DNA from: Octopus sinensis
Taxonomy: Eukaryota
Length of the DNA: 64,000 nt
Reading direction: 5' to 3'
Assembly (NCBI RefSeq): GCF_006345805.1
Contig: NC_042998.1
Location: 193,750,001-193,814,000 of the forward strand
Shown: one piece after another, positions 13,863 through 26,364 of the stretch
Layout of the letters: each line of letters begins with the position of its first letter
How positions within the stretch are numbered: the first letter of the stretch is position 1
Translations under genes and position numbers: made by a program
Notes under the pieces: generated by a model
Seen by the model: only the letters and a program-made list of their open reading frames with translations
What the model was told of the DNA's origin: nothing
The model's database searches: none

Positions 13863-15195
13863 TGGCGGCGAGCTGGCAGAAACGTTAGCGCGCCGGGCGA
13901 AATGCGTAGCCGTATTTCGTCTGTCGTTACGTTCCGAGTTCAAATTCCGCCGAGGTAGACTTTGCCTTTCATCCTTTCGGGGTCGATAAATTAAGTACCA
14001 GTCACGCACTGAGTTCGATGTAATCGACTTAATCCCTTCGTCTGTCCTTGTTTGTCCCCTCTGTGTTTAGCCCCTTGTGGGTAGTAAAGAAATAGGTATT
14101 TCGTCTGCCGTTACGTTCTGAATTCAAATTCCGCCGAGGTCGACTTTGCCTTTCATCCTTTCGGGGTCGATAAATTAAGTACCAGTTACGCACTGGGGTC
14201 GATGTAATCGACTTAATCCTTTCATCTATCCTTGTTTGTCCCCTCTGTGTTTAGCTCCTTGTGGGTAGTACAGAAATAGGTATTTTGTCTGCCGTTACGT
14301 TCTGAGTTCAAATTCCGCCGAGGTAGACTTTGCCTTTCATCCTTTCGGGGTCGATAAATTAAGTACCAGTCACGCACTGAGTTCGATGTAATCGACTTGA
14401 TCCCTTCGTCTGTCCTTGTTTGTCCCCTCTGTGTTTAGCCCCTTGTGGGTAGAAAAGAAATAGGTATTTTGTCTGCCGTTACGTTCTGAGTTCAAATTCC
14501 GCCGAGGTAGACTTTGCCTTTCATCCTTTCGGGGTCGATAAATTAAGTACCAGTCACGCACTGAGTTCGATGTAATCGACTTAATCCCTTCGTCTGTCCT
14601 GTTTGTCCCCTCTGTGTTTAGCCCCTTGTGGTAGTAAAGAAATAGTATTTTGTCTGCCGTTACGTTCTGAGTTCAAATTCCGCGAGGTCGACTTTGCCTT
14701 TCATCCTTTCGGGGTCGATAAATTAAGTACCAGCTACGCACTGGGGTCGATGTAATCGACTTATCCTTTCATCTATCCTGTTTTGTCCCCTCTGTGTTTA
14801 GCCCCTTGTGGGTAGTAAAGAAATAGGTATTTTGTCTGCCGTTACGTTCTGAGTTCAAATTCCGCCGAGGTCGACTTTGCCTTTCATCCTTTCGGGGTCG
14901 ATAAATTAAGTACCAGTTACGCACTGGGGTCGATGTAATCGACTTAATCCTTTCATCTATCCTTGTTTGTCCCCTCTGTGTTTAGCTCCTTGTGGGTAGT
15001 AAAGAAATAGGTATTTCGTCTGCCGTTACGTTCTGAGTTCAAATTCCGCTGAGGTCGACTTTGCCTTTCATCCTTTCGGGGTCGATAAATTAAGTACCAG
15101 TTACGCACTGGGGTCGATGTAATCGACTTAATCCCTTCGTCTATCCTTGTTTGTCCCCTCTGTGTTTAGCCCCTTATGGGTAGTAAAAAAATAAA
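13863..15195 (+). mobile_element. Tandem array of 7 SINE-A units (1 with full head + 6 head-truncated units of about 184 bp)
   Basis: Unit starts at 13863, 14095, 14279, 14463, about 14645, 14826 and 15010. Each junction reads ...GAAATA|G(G)TATTT(C/T). The first unit has an A box (TGGCAGAAACGTTAG) and a B box (GAGTTCAAATTCC). Confidence 0.95.
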
Positions 15196-16263
15196 AATAA
15201 TAAAATAATAGCATCATATATTTGCCTAGATATTGTAAATTTGTCAGGCCTTACCATCAATTATACCGGTGCCATTTCTGATTTCATTGAATTATTTGCA
15301 CTTCCATTCGAAATGGATCTTTCTGTCTGGAAATCAATAGCTCTGAGAAGAGAGGAAGAAAACAAAATCAATTAGCACAAACAAAGGATGTCATATATTA
15401 GGAGTTTGTTCTTTTGTTAGTTTCGTTTTGTCTCTCTGCAACAAGACTATTCGAAAAGTCATTGTGTTAGCTTGTATAAGGCATTACGCTAACGTCGTTG
15501 ATATAAAAAAAAAAGAAAAAGAAAAAGAAAAAGAAAAGTACTGATTCACCCACTCACATATTATGATATTCATATAGCCTCATACACAAACACACCCACA
15601 TTGGCGCCAGACAACAATTAATGGTCGAGTCTCTAAGTACCAGAATAATTCCTTATCTACGTAGAAATATTTAAAAGGTATGCAACAACAACAACACAAC
15701 AACAACAACAAAAGAGCTGCTAACAAAAACAACTCCACGAAAAGATAGTGAATGATATATAACTAGCCATTTAAATCCTAAGATTACTTATTCTTCGTGA
15801 AAATGAAGCCAATGAAATACATAAGTATAAATATAGAGTAACACAATGAAAAAACCAGACCAATTAAGTAGGTAAATATAAAATATAGACTATCACAATG
15901 ACAACTGAATAGTTACTTCTTTCGAAGCATTTTTTTTCTACTGATTTTTATCTTGTATTATCTTTAATCATCTAACTAGCTGAAATACTAAATATTTCTA
16001 TTTCGAGGTCTCTATTTGATTTCTTCCCAACAGCAAAGGTTCGTTATTAAAGGAAAGGCTCTTCTCTAGTAGTTTTGTTGTTGTTGTTATTGTTGTTATT
16101 ATTATTTTTTAACGGTAGACATTTTCCACTTAGTTATGATTTTATTATATATGTATTCATTTTTCATTGTTTCTCTAATCGCTGAAGTTTTTATTGAGGA
16201 AATATATTTTATGTGCACACATACATACATATATAATGTGTGTGTATGTGTGTGTGCGCGCGT

Positions 16264-16300
<37 letters not shown>

Positions 16301-16393
16301 CAAACAGGCCGAAACCTCGAAATCTTTGTCACTCCTATTCTTACAAAAGTAACACAAATATGTATTCTACAAAAATTATTAATTCTTCAGTTT

Positions 16394-16990
16394 AATGTAA
16401 AACTTTTTATAATAATTCGCCATAAAAAACATTTTTATATGAATTAACAATTCGTTTTATTGAATATGTTGCATATATAATTAATTATGCAATACATACA
16501 ATATATGCAACATATGCAATAAAACGAATTGTTAATTCATATAAAAATGTTTTTGTGGCGAATTATTCTAAAAACAGTTTTACATTTATATATATATATA
16601 TATATATATAGCGGAGTAAACATATAAATGTGAAACAAGGTGGAAAAAAGAGTACTCAAATACCAGAGGTAGAGTAATATGCTTTATTTAAAAGCAGCAG
16701 AAATTCAACAAAAGCTGTTACTCGGAGTTTCACGTTTCTGTTCGTCGGACAGATTTGTTGAATTTCTGCTGCTTTTAAATAAAGTATGTATATATATACA
16801 CGTTCATGAATTTGTGTTGCAAGATTCCTGATGTGAACCTTATGTTGAAACAGATAATGTCATATTTCGGGATGGTCATTTTTTTCTTTATTTGCCAAAT
16901 AAACACACGCATTATACATTCATTATAATAAACGAGTGAAGAATGAATGTATAGTGCGTGTGTTTATATGGCAAAAAATGACCAACCCGA
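16394..16990. repeat. Three consecutive long hairpins
   Basis: Arms 16394-16478/16501-16586; 16682-16712/16754-16784 (31 bp, perfect); 16867-16924/16942-16990. Confidence 0.9.
16715..16752 (-). ncRNA. Minimal hammerhead motif, C4 core variant
   Basis: Minus strand CTGT CCGACGA AC-AGAAAC-GT GAAA CTCCGAG TA ACAG. Confidence 0.55.
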
Positions 16991-17477
16991 GACGATATAA
17001 GAGAGTTAAATAGAAGGAAGTAGTAGAGTTCAATATAAGAAGTTATTTTGGAAAGAGAGAGATATAGGAAGTATAAAGGGAAATATAAGAATAAAAATTA
17101 ATATATATGATGGATGTTAAGCTTACTGTTCCATTATCCAAGGAATGTGTTGCGTAGAATGGGTAAAAAGGCTTCTTGTCCATGGTATGTAAGTTCCGAT
17201 AGGAGTTCATATTTTGTTATTACAAATGGATAGTGTGCAGGTATTGATTCCATGTAGTGTTCATTCAAAGGGATCTTGTAGTATAAAATCATGATGATGG
17301 GATATCGTTTATATCCCTGAAACAGCTGTAAGACTACCCTTCTCTTTATAAAATGTCCTAGAAATTTCACAGTGCCTTGGCTTTGTTGTCATATTTTATT
17401 TAACCTGTATATAACACTTGTCATATTTTATTAAACTATATATATATATTTTATTAAACTATATATATATATATAGT

Positions 17478-17993
17478 GTGTTTGTGAAGTTTATCTAAGA
17501 CAAAATACTACTGGTGCCATTCTTACGTTTGTATATACATGAAGAATATTATGCGTCTCACTATTCTGATCTAATTCTGTTTCAAGTGATATATATATAT
17601 ATATATATATAGCAATTAAGGACAACTACTTAATAAGGAAAACTTAACAAGAAATTGTCAGGTAGATAGCGTAAAAACCTCATAAGAGAAAAAATTTCGA
17701 AAAAAATTATTATATATATAAACTCACCCATGTGCTTCGTTGATGTTGATCAGTTAGCTGATCGGCTTAAGCGAGGCAGGGTCGTTGTTTATTTATAATA
17801 CATTCAGGCCTGCTGATGATTACGTAAGTATGAAATCACTGTGATACAGGCCTATATTTTTAAATGTCTTACTTTGAAAAATTGCATTCGGTGGGATTAG
17901 TAATATTTTTGGTAGAAATGACTGATTGTCCCTCTTAGCGTTTGGCATGTATATACAATGCCTCCTGGCATGTATGTATAATGCCCTCTATAT

Positions 17994-18051
<58 letters not shown>

Positions 18052-18162
18052 TTGAAACAGAATTAGATCAGAATAGTGAGACGCATAATATTCTTCATGT
18101 ATATACAAACGTAAGAATGGCACCAGCTGTAGTATTTTGTCTTAGATAAACTTCACAAACAC
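17478..18162. repeat. Inverted repeat, arms of about 115 bp flanked internally by (TA)n
   Basis: 17478-17590 versus 18047-18162 (one 3-bp indel). Confidence 0.9.
17806..17853 (+). ncRNA. Type I hammerhead ribozyme motif
   Basis: AGGCCTG CTGATGA T-TAC-GTAA-GTA-T GAAA TCAC-T-GTGA TA CAGGCCT: 7-bp stem I, intact core, ATA triplet. Confidence 0.78.
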
Positions 18163-18279
18163 AAGTGTGTGTTATAAGAAATACAGAACTGGCTCAGTAT
18201 GTCATCGATGGTTTTCAAGTACGACAAAATTTGATCTCCTCAGTGACGAACTCACCTTGTGACTCTGAACTAAGTTGAA

Positions 18280-19860
18280 AAATATTTATTGCGATAAATA
18301 TCCTCTGATTTAAACGAACGCTGCGTGAACCTGTCACTCTTGCTCTTTTCTTTGTCATTTGTTTCTGTTATATGCTTTACCCACATCCACTTTCTTAATA
18401 TGTTTTATATTTTTCTTCTTTCGTATACTCTCGTATCCATTGACAAGTATTGCTGTTCTCTTTGGTGATTCCTGACATACATTTTTCTATATATCTTTGT
18501 ATTGTTCTAAGCTTCTGTTCTATGTTTTTAGCCATCATTCCATGAGTCATTGTGGGTATCAAATACTGGTCAAATATACTGCACGTCGGTAGAATAGCAT
18601 CATACTTTTCATGACGTCACTCATTTTACCTAAAGCACATCGTACGAGTTGGATTCGTCTTTTTGCTTTCTCTGAATTCTTGCATTTCACTTTTCCAACG
18701 GTCCAAGAATTGTCAGTTATTATTTTAGCATAATTGCTGACTTTGACGACTTCACGTGTTTCATAGCCATTAGATATGACTTGTGTGCTTTCTACATATT
18801 TCTTTTCGTCCCACATTGATGTATTCACGTTCTCATAATCAATAACGCTTAAACACGATAGCTGTCTATATTCTTCAAGTTTCTGAATAACTTACTTCAT
18901 AAGTAGTCATTTGTGGAAAACCTGTTCGTGAAACCTACTTGTTCTCTTAGTTCATTGCTATCTATCGTAGCCATTTGTATCGACGCGATTTGTAGCAGTT
19001 AGGCAAATAGGTATTCAAGTTAGGAGATTAATAGATCTGTAATATTTTAAGAATATTAATGACACTCCTCTTATATAAAAGTATGATGATAACATTGTTC
19101 CAGTTGCAGTGATTTTGATTTGATATATTCTGCATAGAAACCTGCTATTTGTTTATAAAACTGGGTCACGAACTTTTTGAAGGATTTGGTTAACACTTCT
19201 TCCTTGAAAATAATTCGTGATTGAATTCTACTACTCAAAGGATGATGTCTCAATTATTTAGGACTTGTTTATCAGCAAAATTCAAAAAAATCATTTTCAA
19301 TCCTTTCCCTAAGAAAGGATATTAGTTCTTTGAAGCTTTCATTTCTCTGTATAGCTTGCTCGATTTTTTAGTATATCAAGATTTCGCATTCCCTATTTCA
19401 ACATTTTCCCAAAGGTTTTCAAGGTTCTACGCATTCTCTTCTGCTCTTCATCAACATGGGGGCTTCGTAAGCCCTAATAGCTTCTTTCGTGTGTCTCTTT
19501 TTTTTTCTACCTTTCTCCTCGCCACCACTTTGATTGCAAGTCTTTGTAGTAATGTCAATCACCTTTTCTCATCGCAGATCTACATGTTTGATTGACAGCT
19601 CAACATTTACTACTTTAAGTCTATTTCGTATTTCTGTTTTATAATTATATTTCTATTTGATATTCATTTGAAAGACTCATACGTTACTTATGACTTCTTT
19701 TTTCTCACTAATTTAGCTATATCTAATCTCATATTATCCTTAATTTTTACTCTTGCCAAACAATGACTAAACTGCTGCTTATTTGTCGTTACTAAATATG
19801 TTTCATTTTTTCTTTTCGTTTCTCTTGTGTGGCTCTTTCGTGTCTACTTTTGGTGTAATT
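18280..19860 (-). pseudogene. Highly decayed RTE-like LINE
   Basis: EKAKRRIQLVRCALGKM (cf. EIKRRIQLAWCAFGKL) and KWMWVKHIT (cf. KWRWAGHIAR); many stops. Confidence 0.5.
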
Positions 19861-19894
19861 TCTTCTTAGAACGTTCGTTATTTCAAATTCTTAA

Positions 19895-20465
19895 GGCGGC
19901 GAGCTGGCAGAATCGTTTGCACGCCGGGCGAAATGCTTAGCGGTATTTCGTCTGCCGCTACGTTCTGAGTTCAAATTCCACCGAGGTCGACTTTGCCTTT
20001 CATCTTTTCGGGGTCGATAAATTAAGTACCAGCTATGCACTGGGGTCGATATAATCGACTTAATCCGTTTGTCTGTCCTTGTTTGTCCCCTCTGTGTTTA
20101 GCCCCTTATGGGTAGTAAAGAAATAGGTATTTCGTCTGCCGCTACATTCTGACTTCAAATTCCGCCGAGGTCGACTTTGCCTTTCATCCTTTCGGGGTCG
20201 ATAAATCAAGTACCAGCTATGCACTGGGGTCGATGCAATCGACTTAATCTCTATGTCTATCCTTTGGGCAATAAAGAAATAAGAATCGTTAGCACGCTGG
20301 GGGATGTGCTTAGCGGTATTTCGTCCGCCTTTACGCTCTTAGTTCAAATTCCGCCGAGGTTGACTTTGCCTTTCATACTTTCTGACTCGATTAAATAAGT
20401 ACCAGCAACGCACTTGGATCGATGTAATCGACTTAATCCCCTCCCCCAGGTTGTCCTTGTGGCAA
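19895..20465 (+). mobile_element. SINE-A trimer
   Basis: Full unit from 19895. Second unit joined at AAAGAAATA|GGTATTTCG (20126). Third unit joined at AAAGAAATA|AGAATCGTTAGC (about 20281) and carries the alternative tail (CCCCTCCCCC...TTGTGGCAAAA). Confidence 0.9.
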
Positions 20466-21064
20466 AAAAAAATTATTATTTCAAAGTTCTTTCTTCCAAC
20501 AAAAATCAATCAGTCTCTCATTCTTATCATTTCTTTCACACATTCAAAACTTTTCCCATTGATTTTCCATGATCTTTAATTTTTGCTCCCCCTTAGCATG
20601 AAAATCGCTAATACCTGTTGTGTATTGTATCTTCTCCTGGGTCAAAAAACCCTTCTATTTCTTCATTCGTTGTATTTGTTGTTGTTGTTATTGCATTGCC
20701 CCTTGTCATCCTTCATTGAATAAACCTACTACCAAAAGCATTATAGATATGAAAATCCCTTTTTTTTTTATAGCGTCCAGGTTGTGTTATTTATAGGGGG
20801 TCTTCCTTGTTTAAGACGATGGAGCTTTATTTAAGGAATATTTCGTTGCTATTTCTGGCAAGTTAAATGATCATGGGGATGACTCCCACCCACTTTTTCT
20901 TATTGCATTTGTCTGCGTGTTCGTGTGTTGGTGTATGTAGTGTGTGTGTATACGTTTATATATGTGCGCGAGTGCGTATTGGTACATGTGTGTTGTGTGT
21001 GTATGTGTGTGTGTTTGTGTGTGAACGCGCATCCGTGCGTGTGTGTGTGTGTGTGTGTGCGTGC

Positions 21065-21097
<33 letters not shown>

Positions 21098-21193
21098 TGT
21101 GTTTGTGTGTGTGGGTGGGTGTGGGTGTGTGTGAGTATGTGTGTGTGTGTATGTGTGTGTGTGCGTGTGCGTGTGCGTGTGTGTGTGTGTGTG

Positions 21194-21234
<41 letters not shown>

Positions 21235-21636
21235 TATGTGTGAGTATGTGTGAACAGTTCAAGGAACTTTGAAAGTTCAAGAAATAGATTATTTTCTGCA
21301 AAACATTGGCTTATATTTTTCCGTTCAAGTCTGAAAGCTTTTGAATTGGAAGGAAAATATAAATACAACAGGAACTTGTATTACAGGAACTGCTCTATTA
21401 CTGTTTTCTCATTATTCACCTGTCATTCACAGTACATGAAAAAGAAAACTTAGTAAATGAGGATAGTATGGTGGTTTGAGCAATGTATTAGACACCGGAA
21501 ACTTGTATAGTTAACACTAGACGTCTGGATTCACTCTCATTTTGCATTTCCACGAAACAGTTAATCTCTCTTTGTGTTTATGTATTCTGTGTGCTCCAGT
21601 TGTGCTGTAATATGCTTTGTATGTGTTGCGTGTCTG

Positions 21637-21681
<45 letters not shown>

Positions 21682-21686
21682 CGTGC

Positions 21687-21729
<43 letters not shown>

Positions 21730-21905
21730 CGCTGGTTGTCGATATGTTGAGTATGTGCTCCGTTTATGTTGTGCATATGTTTCTATGTTTTCTGTCGAGA
21801 GTTTTCTTTGAATTGTTGTAAATGTGTTTTGGGTTGGATGAGCTATGGATGAGCCGTGGATATACTATTTATTTGTGGATTTGTGTGTTGCATATATGTT
21901 ATTCG

Positions 21906-22290
21906 GGAGGCGCAATGGCCCAGTGGTTAGGGCAGCGGACTCGCGGTCGTAGGATCGCGGTTTCGATTCCCAGACCGGGCGTTGTGAGTGTTTATTGAGC
22001 GAAAACACCTAAAAACTCCACGATGCTCCGGCAGGGGATGGTGGTGCTCCCTGCTGTACTCTTTCACCACAACTTTCTCTCACTCTTACTTCCTGTTTCT
22101 GTTGTACCTGTATTTTAAAGGGCCGGCCTTGTCACTCTCTGTGTCACGCTGAATATTCCCGAGAACTACGTTAAGGGTACACGTGTCTGTGGAGTGCTCA
22201 GCCACTTACACGTTAATTTCACGAGCAGGCTGTTCCGTTGATTCGGATCAACCGGAACCCTCATCGTCGTAACTGACGGAGCACTTCCCC
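21906..22290 (+). mobile_element. tRNA-derived SINE (same family as 6151)
   Basis: Exact 13-bp TSD TATATGTTATTCG at 21893-21905 and 22291-22303. Confidence 0.92.
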
Positions 22291-22304
22291 TATATGTTAT
22301 TCGA

Positions 22305-23200
22305 ATCATATGCAACATACAGTTTTAGATCCATGAAAAGACGTTGAATGACCTTGGTACCACATCTCCCAATGCGGTCTCCCAATGCTGGAACTTATAC
22401 ACCTTGTGTTATTATCAGCCGTAAAAACTTGCTATCATTTCTTCATTATTGTTTCATATAGTTCACAATGGTATCATCAGATTCGTGTACTTCTAGAGTT
22501 TTGATTAGCCAGTCATATGGAATCAAATCAAAGACATTCTTGAAGTCAACCCACAAACATGATAGGTGGTTTTTGTATATTTTCGTATCCTCTAGAACAA
22601 TCTTGTTAACAAGGTCATCGTTCTGTATGCCATAGCATACACCACTTCTGCTTTAAATTACACTGTGTTTTATAAATGTTCAATTATCCCGGTAGCTGAT
22701 ATTTTGGAGAGAAGTTTATTGACTAGACAGTCGCAGACAAATAAGGGGGCGATAATTACATGGCTTATATTTTGGAAATCATTGTTGTCCCACAGGCAAT
22801 GAGTCATCTAGATGACTGGTTCGAATTGTTTAAGTGGGTGTTGAACCTGGCAGTATAGTATGTCAAACGACAACCACCGGTAGTTTTCAATGTGGGCAAT
22901 TCTATAACTTTTCCAATTCCCTGAAGCTTGTTAAAACAAACTTTCAATCAGATATTGGTAATTCTTTGAGGAAGATGGTATTTCAGTTTCTAGCGTTACT
23001 ATGCATTCTTCTAACGAGCTATTGTTCTTGTTATATTTAACTTCGTTTTCGAAAGTAGGCTTCCAAAAAGTTTCCAATGCCCCTTTAGTGAATATCTTAT
23101 CTACTTCTCTCTTCTTAATGTGTATTATCCAATGGAAATTTTGGGCATTGTTTGCAAAGATGTAGTTTTGCGAAAACCGATTTTCTGTCTTAGCATTCTT
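22305..23200 (-). pseudogene. Decayed R4/Dong-clade RT fragment
   Basis: Minus-strand translation gives ETFWKPTFENEVKYN, NWKS, NYRPLICL and NKIVLEDTKIYKNHLSCLWVDFKNVFDLIPYDWLIKTL, matching the R4-type WIDYKKAFDSVPHDW region. Confidence 0.7.
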
Positions 23201-23319
23201 ATCTATTTTTTAAAGTGTGTTGTTATTATTGTTGTTGTAGTGGTGGTGTTGGTGGTGGTGGTGGTGGCGGTGGGTGGTGGTTGGGGTGGTGGTGTTTGGG
23301 GGTGGGGGTGGTGGTGGTG

Positions 23320-23381
<62 letters not shown>

Positions 23382-25611
23382 TGTTGTTGTTGTTCTTGAT
23401 GTTGTTGTTACAGAAGATGCTGATTTAATGGTGGTGTTGATATCAATAGTGTCGCTTTACTGAATATTCAGTCCAAGGATTCGATTGTACCACATTCCGT
23501 CCAATAAAATCTGTAAAAATGTTTTCCCAGAACAGACGGTTTTGTCCATTGGAATATGATAATACTTCAAGGGAGAGGTTTAACAGTCTGAACTAAACTA
23601 TTGTTTTATACAACCAGCCATTTTATTCAACGAAATAAATTTCCTGTAGGACACTGTTGCTTACACAGCATTATTAGATTACATTTTGTGTTCAAATTCC
23701 ACCGAGGTCAATTCTTCCTTTCATCCTTTCGGGGTTGGTAAAATAAGTTCCAGTTGAACTCGGGGGTCAATGTAATCGACTAGCCCCGTTCCTCACAAGT
23801 TTCAAGCCTTATGCTTATAACAGAAATGATTATTAGATTATATAATCTTCTAGTACCACACATTGCCATTTTGTGTAAGTCCACGAATGTGTAGAGAAGG
23901 AATGCGAATCATTCGACCGATTCTATTGATACATATTTTATCGACCCAAGAAGGATGAACAACAGAATGAACAATACAGGTCAGTTACTCCATAATGGTG
24001 CACCGCCGCGTACTGATGTACTGTGAGATGTAACATCATCATCATTGTTTGACCGTGGTCGAGACAATGGAATTTACTATGTTACGCCAGACTTCACGGT
24101 CCATCATAGCATTACGGAGGTCCTGTTGCTGGATGCCTGTATCCCTGTATCCCTGGATATTACATCAGGGTAGGAGAGTGTGGGCCCTCTGGTATCGCAA
24201 GCAGATGGCTTCCAGAGGAGAAGAGTAGAAATTACCTCGTTTTCAGCTCTACAACAATGTCCAGCAAACTGGATGTAACTAGGTCAGCTGTGAAAATAAG
24301 GAAATTATATTTTTTTTTAAATACGTTTTGAAAGCGTCGTTAGATCGTTAGCTACATTACCTCGTGCTATTTGTTCCGATTCTTTGTACTCTAAATTCAA
24401 AATCTATCCGAAGCCAAATTTGTTTTATCCATTCAGAGTCGATTAAAAAAGTACAGTTCTTGGGCGTGAAGTTAGCGTAATTATGAGAAGAACTCAAAAA
24501 ATGCCTTGTAATCCAGGCGCTTGCGATCTGATGCAAAGCTTTCCATTACACAGACGTCAAGCTATATTGGCCTAAGTCGGTAGCCGGTCCCTTGAATAAA
24601 CATCAATGGCACGGAGAAGAAAGAATTTCATGCTAGTCTTACTCGAAAAGTCTTGCTGAGAACTGCACATGTGTAGATGCATGCTCAGCCTTAACCGACG
24701 ATGGCTCCTTATATAGGCCAAAATATATAAATCCTTTTTGTACTCAAAGTCTGTCAAACTATTTTTATTTGCTCTGAAGCTTCAATTAAAAAGGTTTTGA
24801 AACTCTCATATAGAAATATAAACTCAAAGACCTTAGTGTTTAGCAAGTTGATCTGATTAGTTTCCAGTTATTTTTTTATACCATCACGAGAAAAATATAA
24901 CCATCTTCTGTATACGGAAAGACTAACAAATTATACCTATTTATTGTGTATACAAATTCGAGCACACTTAAACTGCATCACGGATATACAAAAACTAATG
25001 ATATGACCACTTAGCTTACTTTTCACAGTGTTCAAAATACATACATTACTTTTCAAATATTCCAAAAACTCTGTGTTAACGATTAATTAGTTATCCACTT
25101 TGTCAGCGCTTGAACTTTTACGCAAAAGGCCAGCCCAGTTGTTTCCTAGTCAGTATAGACTATAAATATACGAATTAGGTGTTTTCTTTCTCTGACGAAG
25201 GTCTAAAAACACTCGAAACTAATTAGATCGAACCCAAATTTCTGCCAAGGAAGTTATAAAAGCTATAGTGTTGCCACTTTGATTTCTCAGCAAAGTTAAA
25301 ATTATATATTCATTAAAAATACGGTACCATAAATTATATTGCACGTTATAAAAAAAAAGTTATGAAATGAATCGATAATTTGTGGGTGTTTTGTGTGTGT
25401 GTATGAGTGTCTGCGTGTGTGTGTGTCTGCGTGCGTGTGTGTGTGTGTGCGCGTGTGTGTTTGTGTGTGTGTGTGTGTGGTGTATGTGGGTGTGTGTGTG
25501 TGTGTGTATTTGTGTGTGTGTGTGTGCGTGTGTGTGTGTGTGTGTATATGTGCGTATGTTTGTGTGTGTGGTGTGTGTGTGTGTGTATATGTGCGTATGT
25601 TTGTGTGTGTG

Positions 25612-25650
<39 letters not shown>

Positions 25651-25725
25651 TGGTGTGTGTGTGTGTGTGTGTGTATTTGTGTGTGTGTGTGTGCGTGTGT
25701 GTGTGTGTGTGTGTATATGTGCGTA

Positions 25726-25760
<35 letters not shown>

Positions 25761-26364
25761 CGGCGAAAGATACGAACATCGACGAGAAAACCGATACGCT
25801 GGTTCTTTCGCACAGATATTCCTTGTGATATTAGTTCCACTGCTTTGTCCGCTGTCTTGTCACTCTCTCCCTCTATCGAATCAGTGAATCAATGATTGAA
25901 ACCTGTAATCAACAATGTTATTCTTCTCAGATTACGTTGTAAAATAGATATTAAAAAAATAATAATATGCCGGTGACTCAGCTTTCCTCACCTGTTGTAG
26001 CAATTTTATTTCTTTGAAGTTCTAGAAAAATGCATTCTTCCCCACCCAATCCATCGCCTTGAATTGAGTCTGATTAGTTTGTGAAGGATACCTTCAATAT
26101 GAAAAAAGAGGAGTCAACAACCGCCTGTAACCATGGAACTAATTCTGAGGTCAAGTAAATATTTATCCAAATTATTTTACATAAAAGAAAGTGTACTGCT
26201 TATAATGTACATAGAAAGATAATGTAAATATGAAATAGCTACGTCGAAGCCGGATTTGCATAGTCGGGTCACGAAGTACTTAATATTAATTTACGTGGCA
26301 GGATCTCATAAGTTAATGTTTAACTACAATATTCTTACAATCTTTAATGCGGTTTTATCAATAA

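Noticed and set aside
13863-15195. CRISPR-like regular array
   Set aside because: Units are whole 184-bp SINE bodies with no unique spacers; eukaryotic context and no cas genes.
15252-15339. Minus-strand exon-like segments with good splice sites (also about 9676-9757, 56938-57001, 50954-51122)
   Set aside because: Each reading frame hits a stop or the frame is ambiguous, and GTAAG/CAG motifs are expected by chance in AT-rich DNA.
25190-25232. Further hammerhead-like cores (also 38056-38088, about 34960-35000, about 11540-11580)
   Set aside because: CTGANGA or GAAA is present, but stem I or III cannot be formed convincingly.
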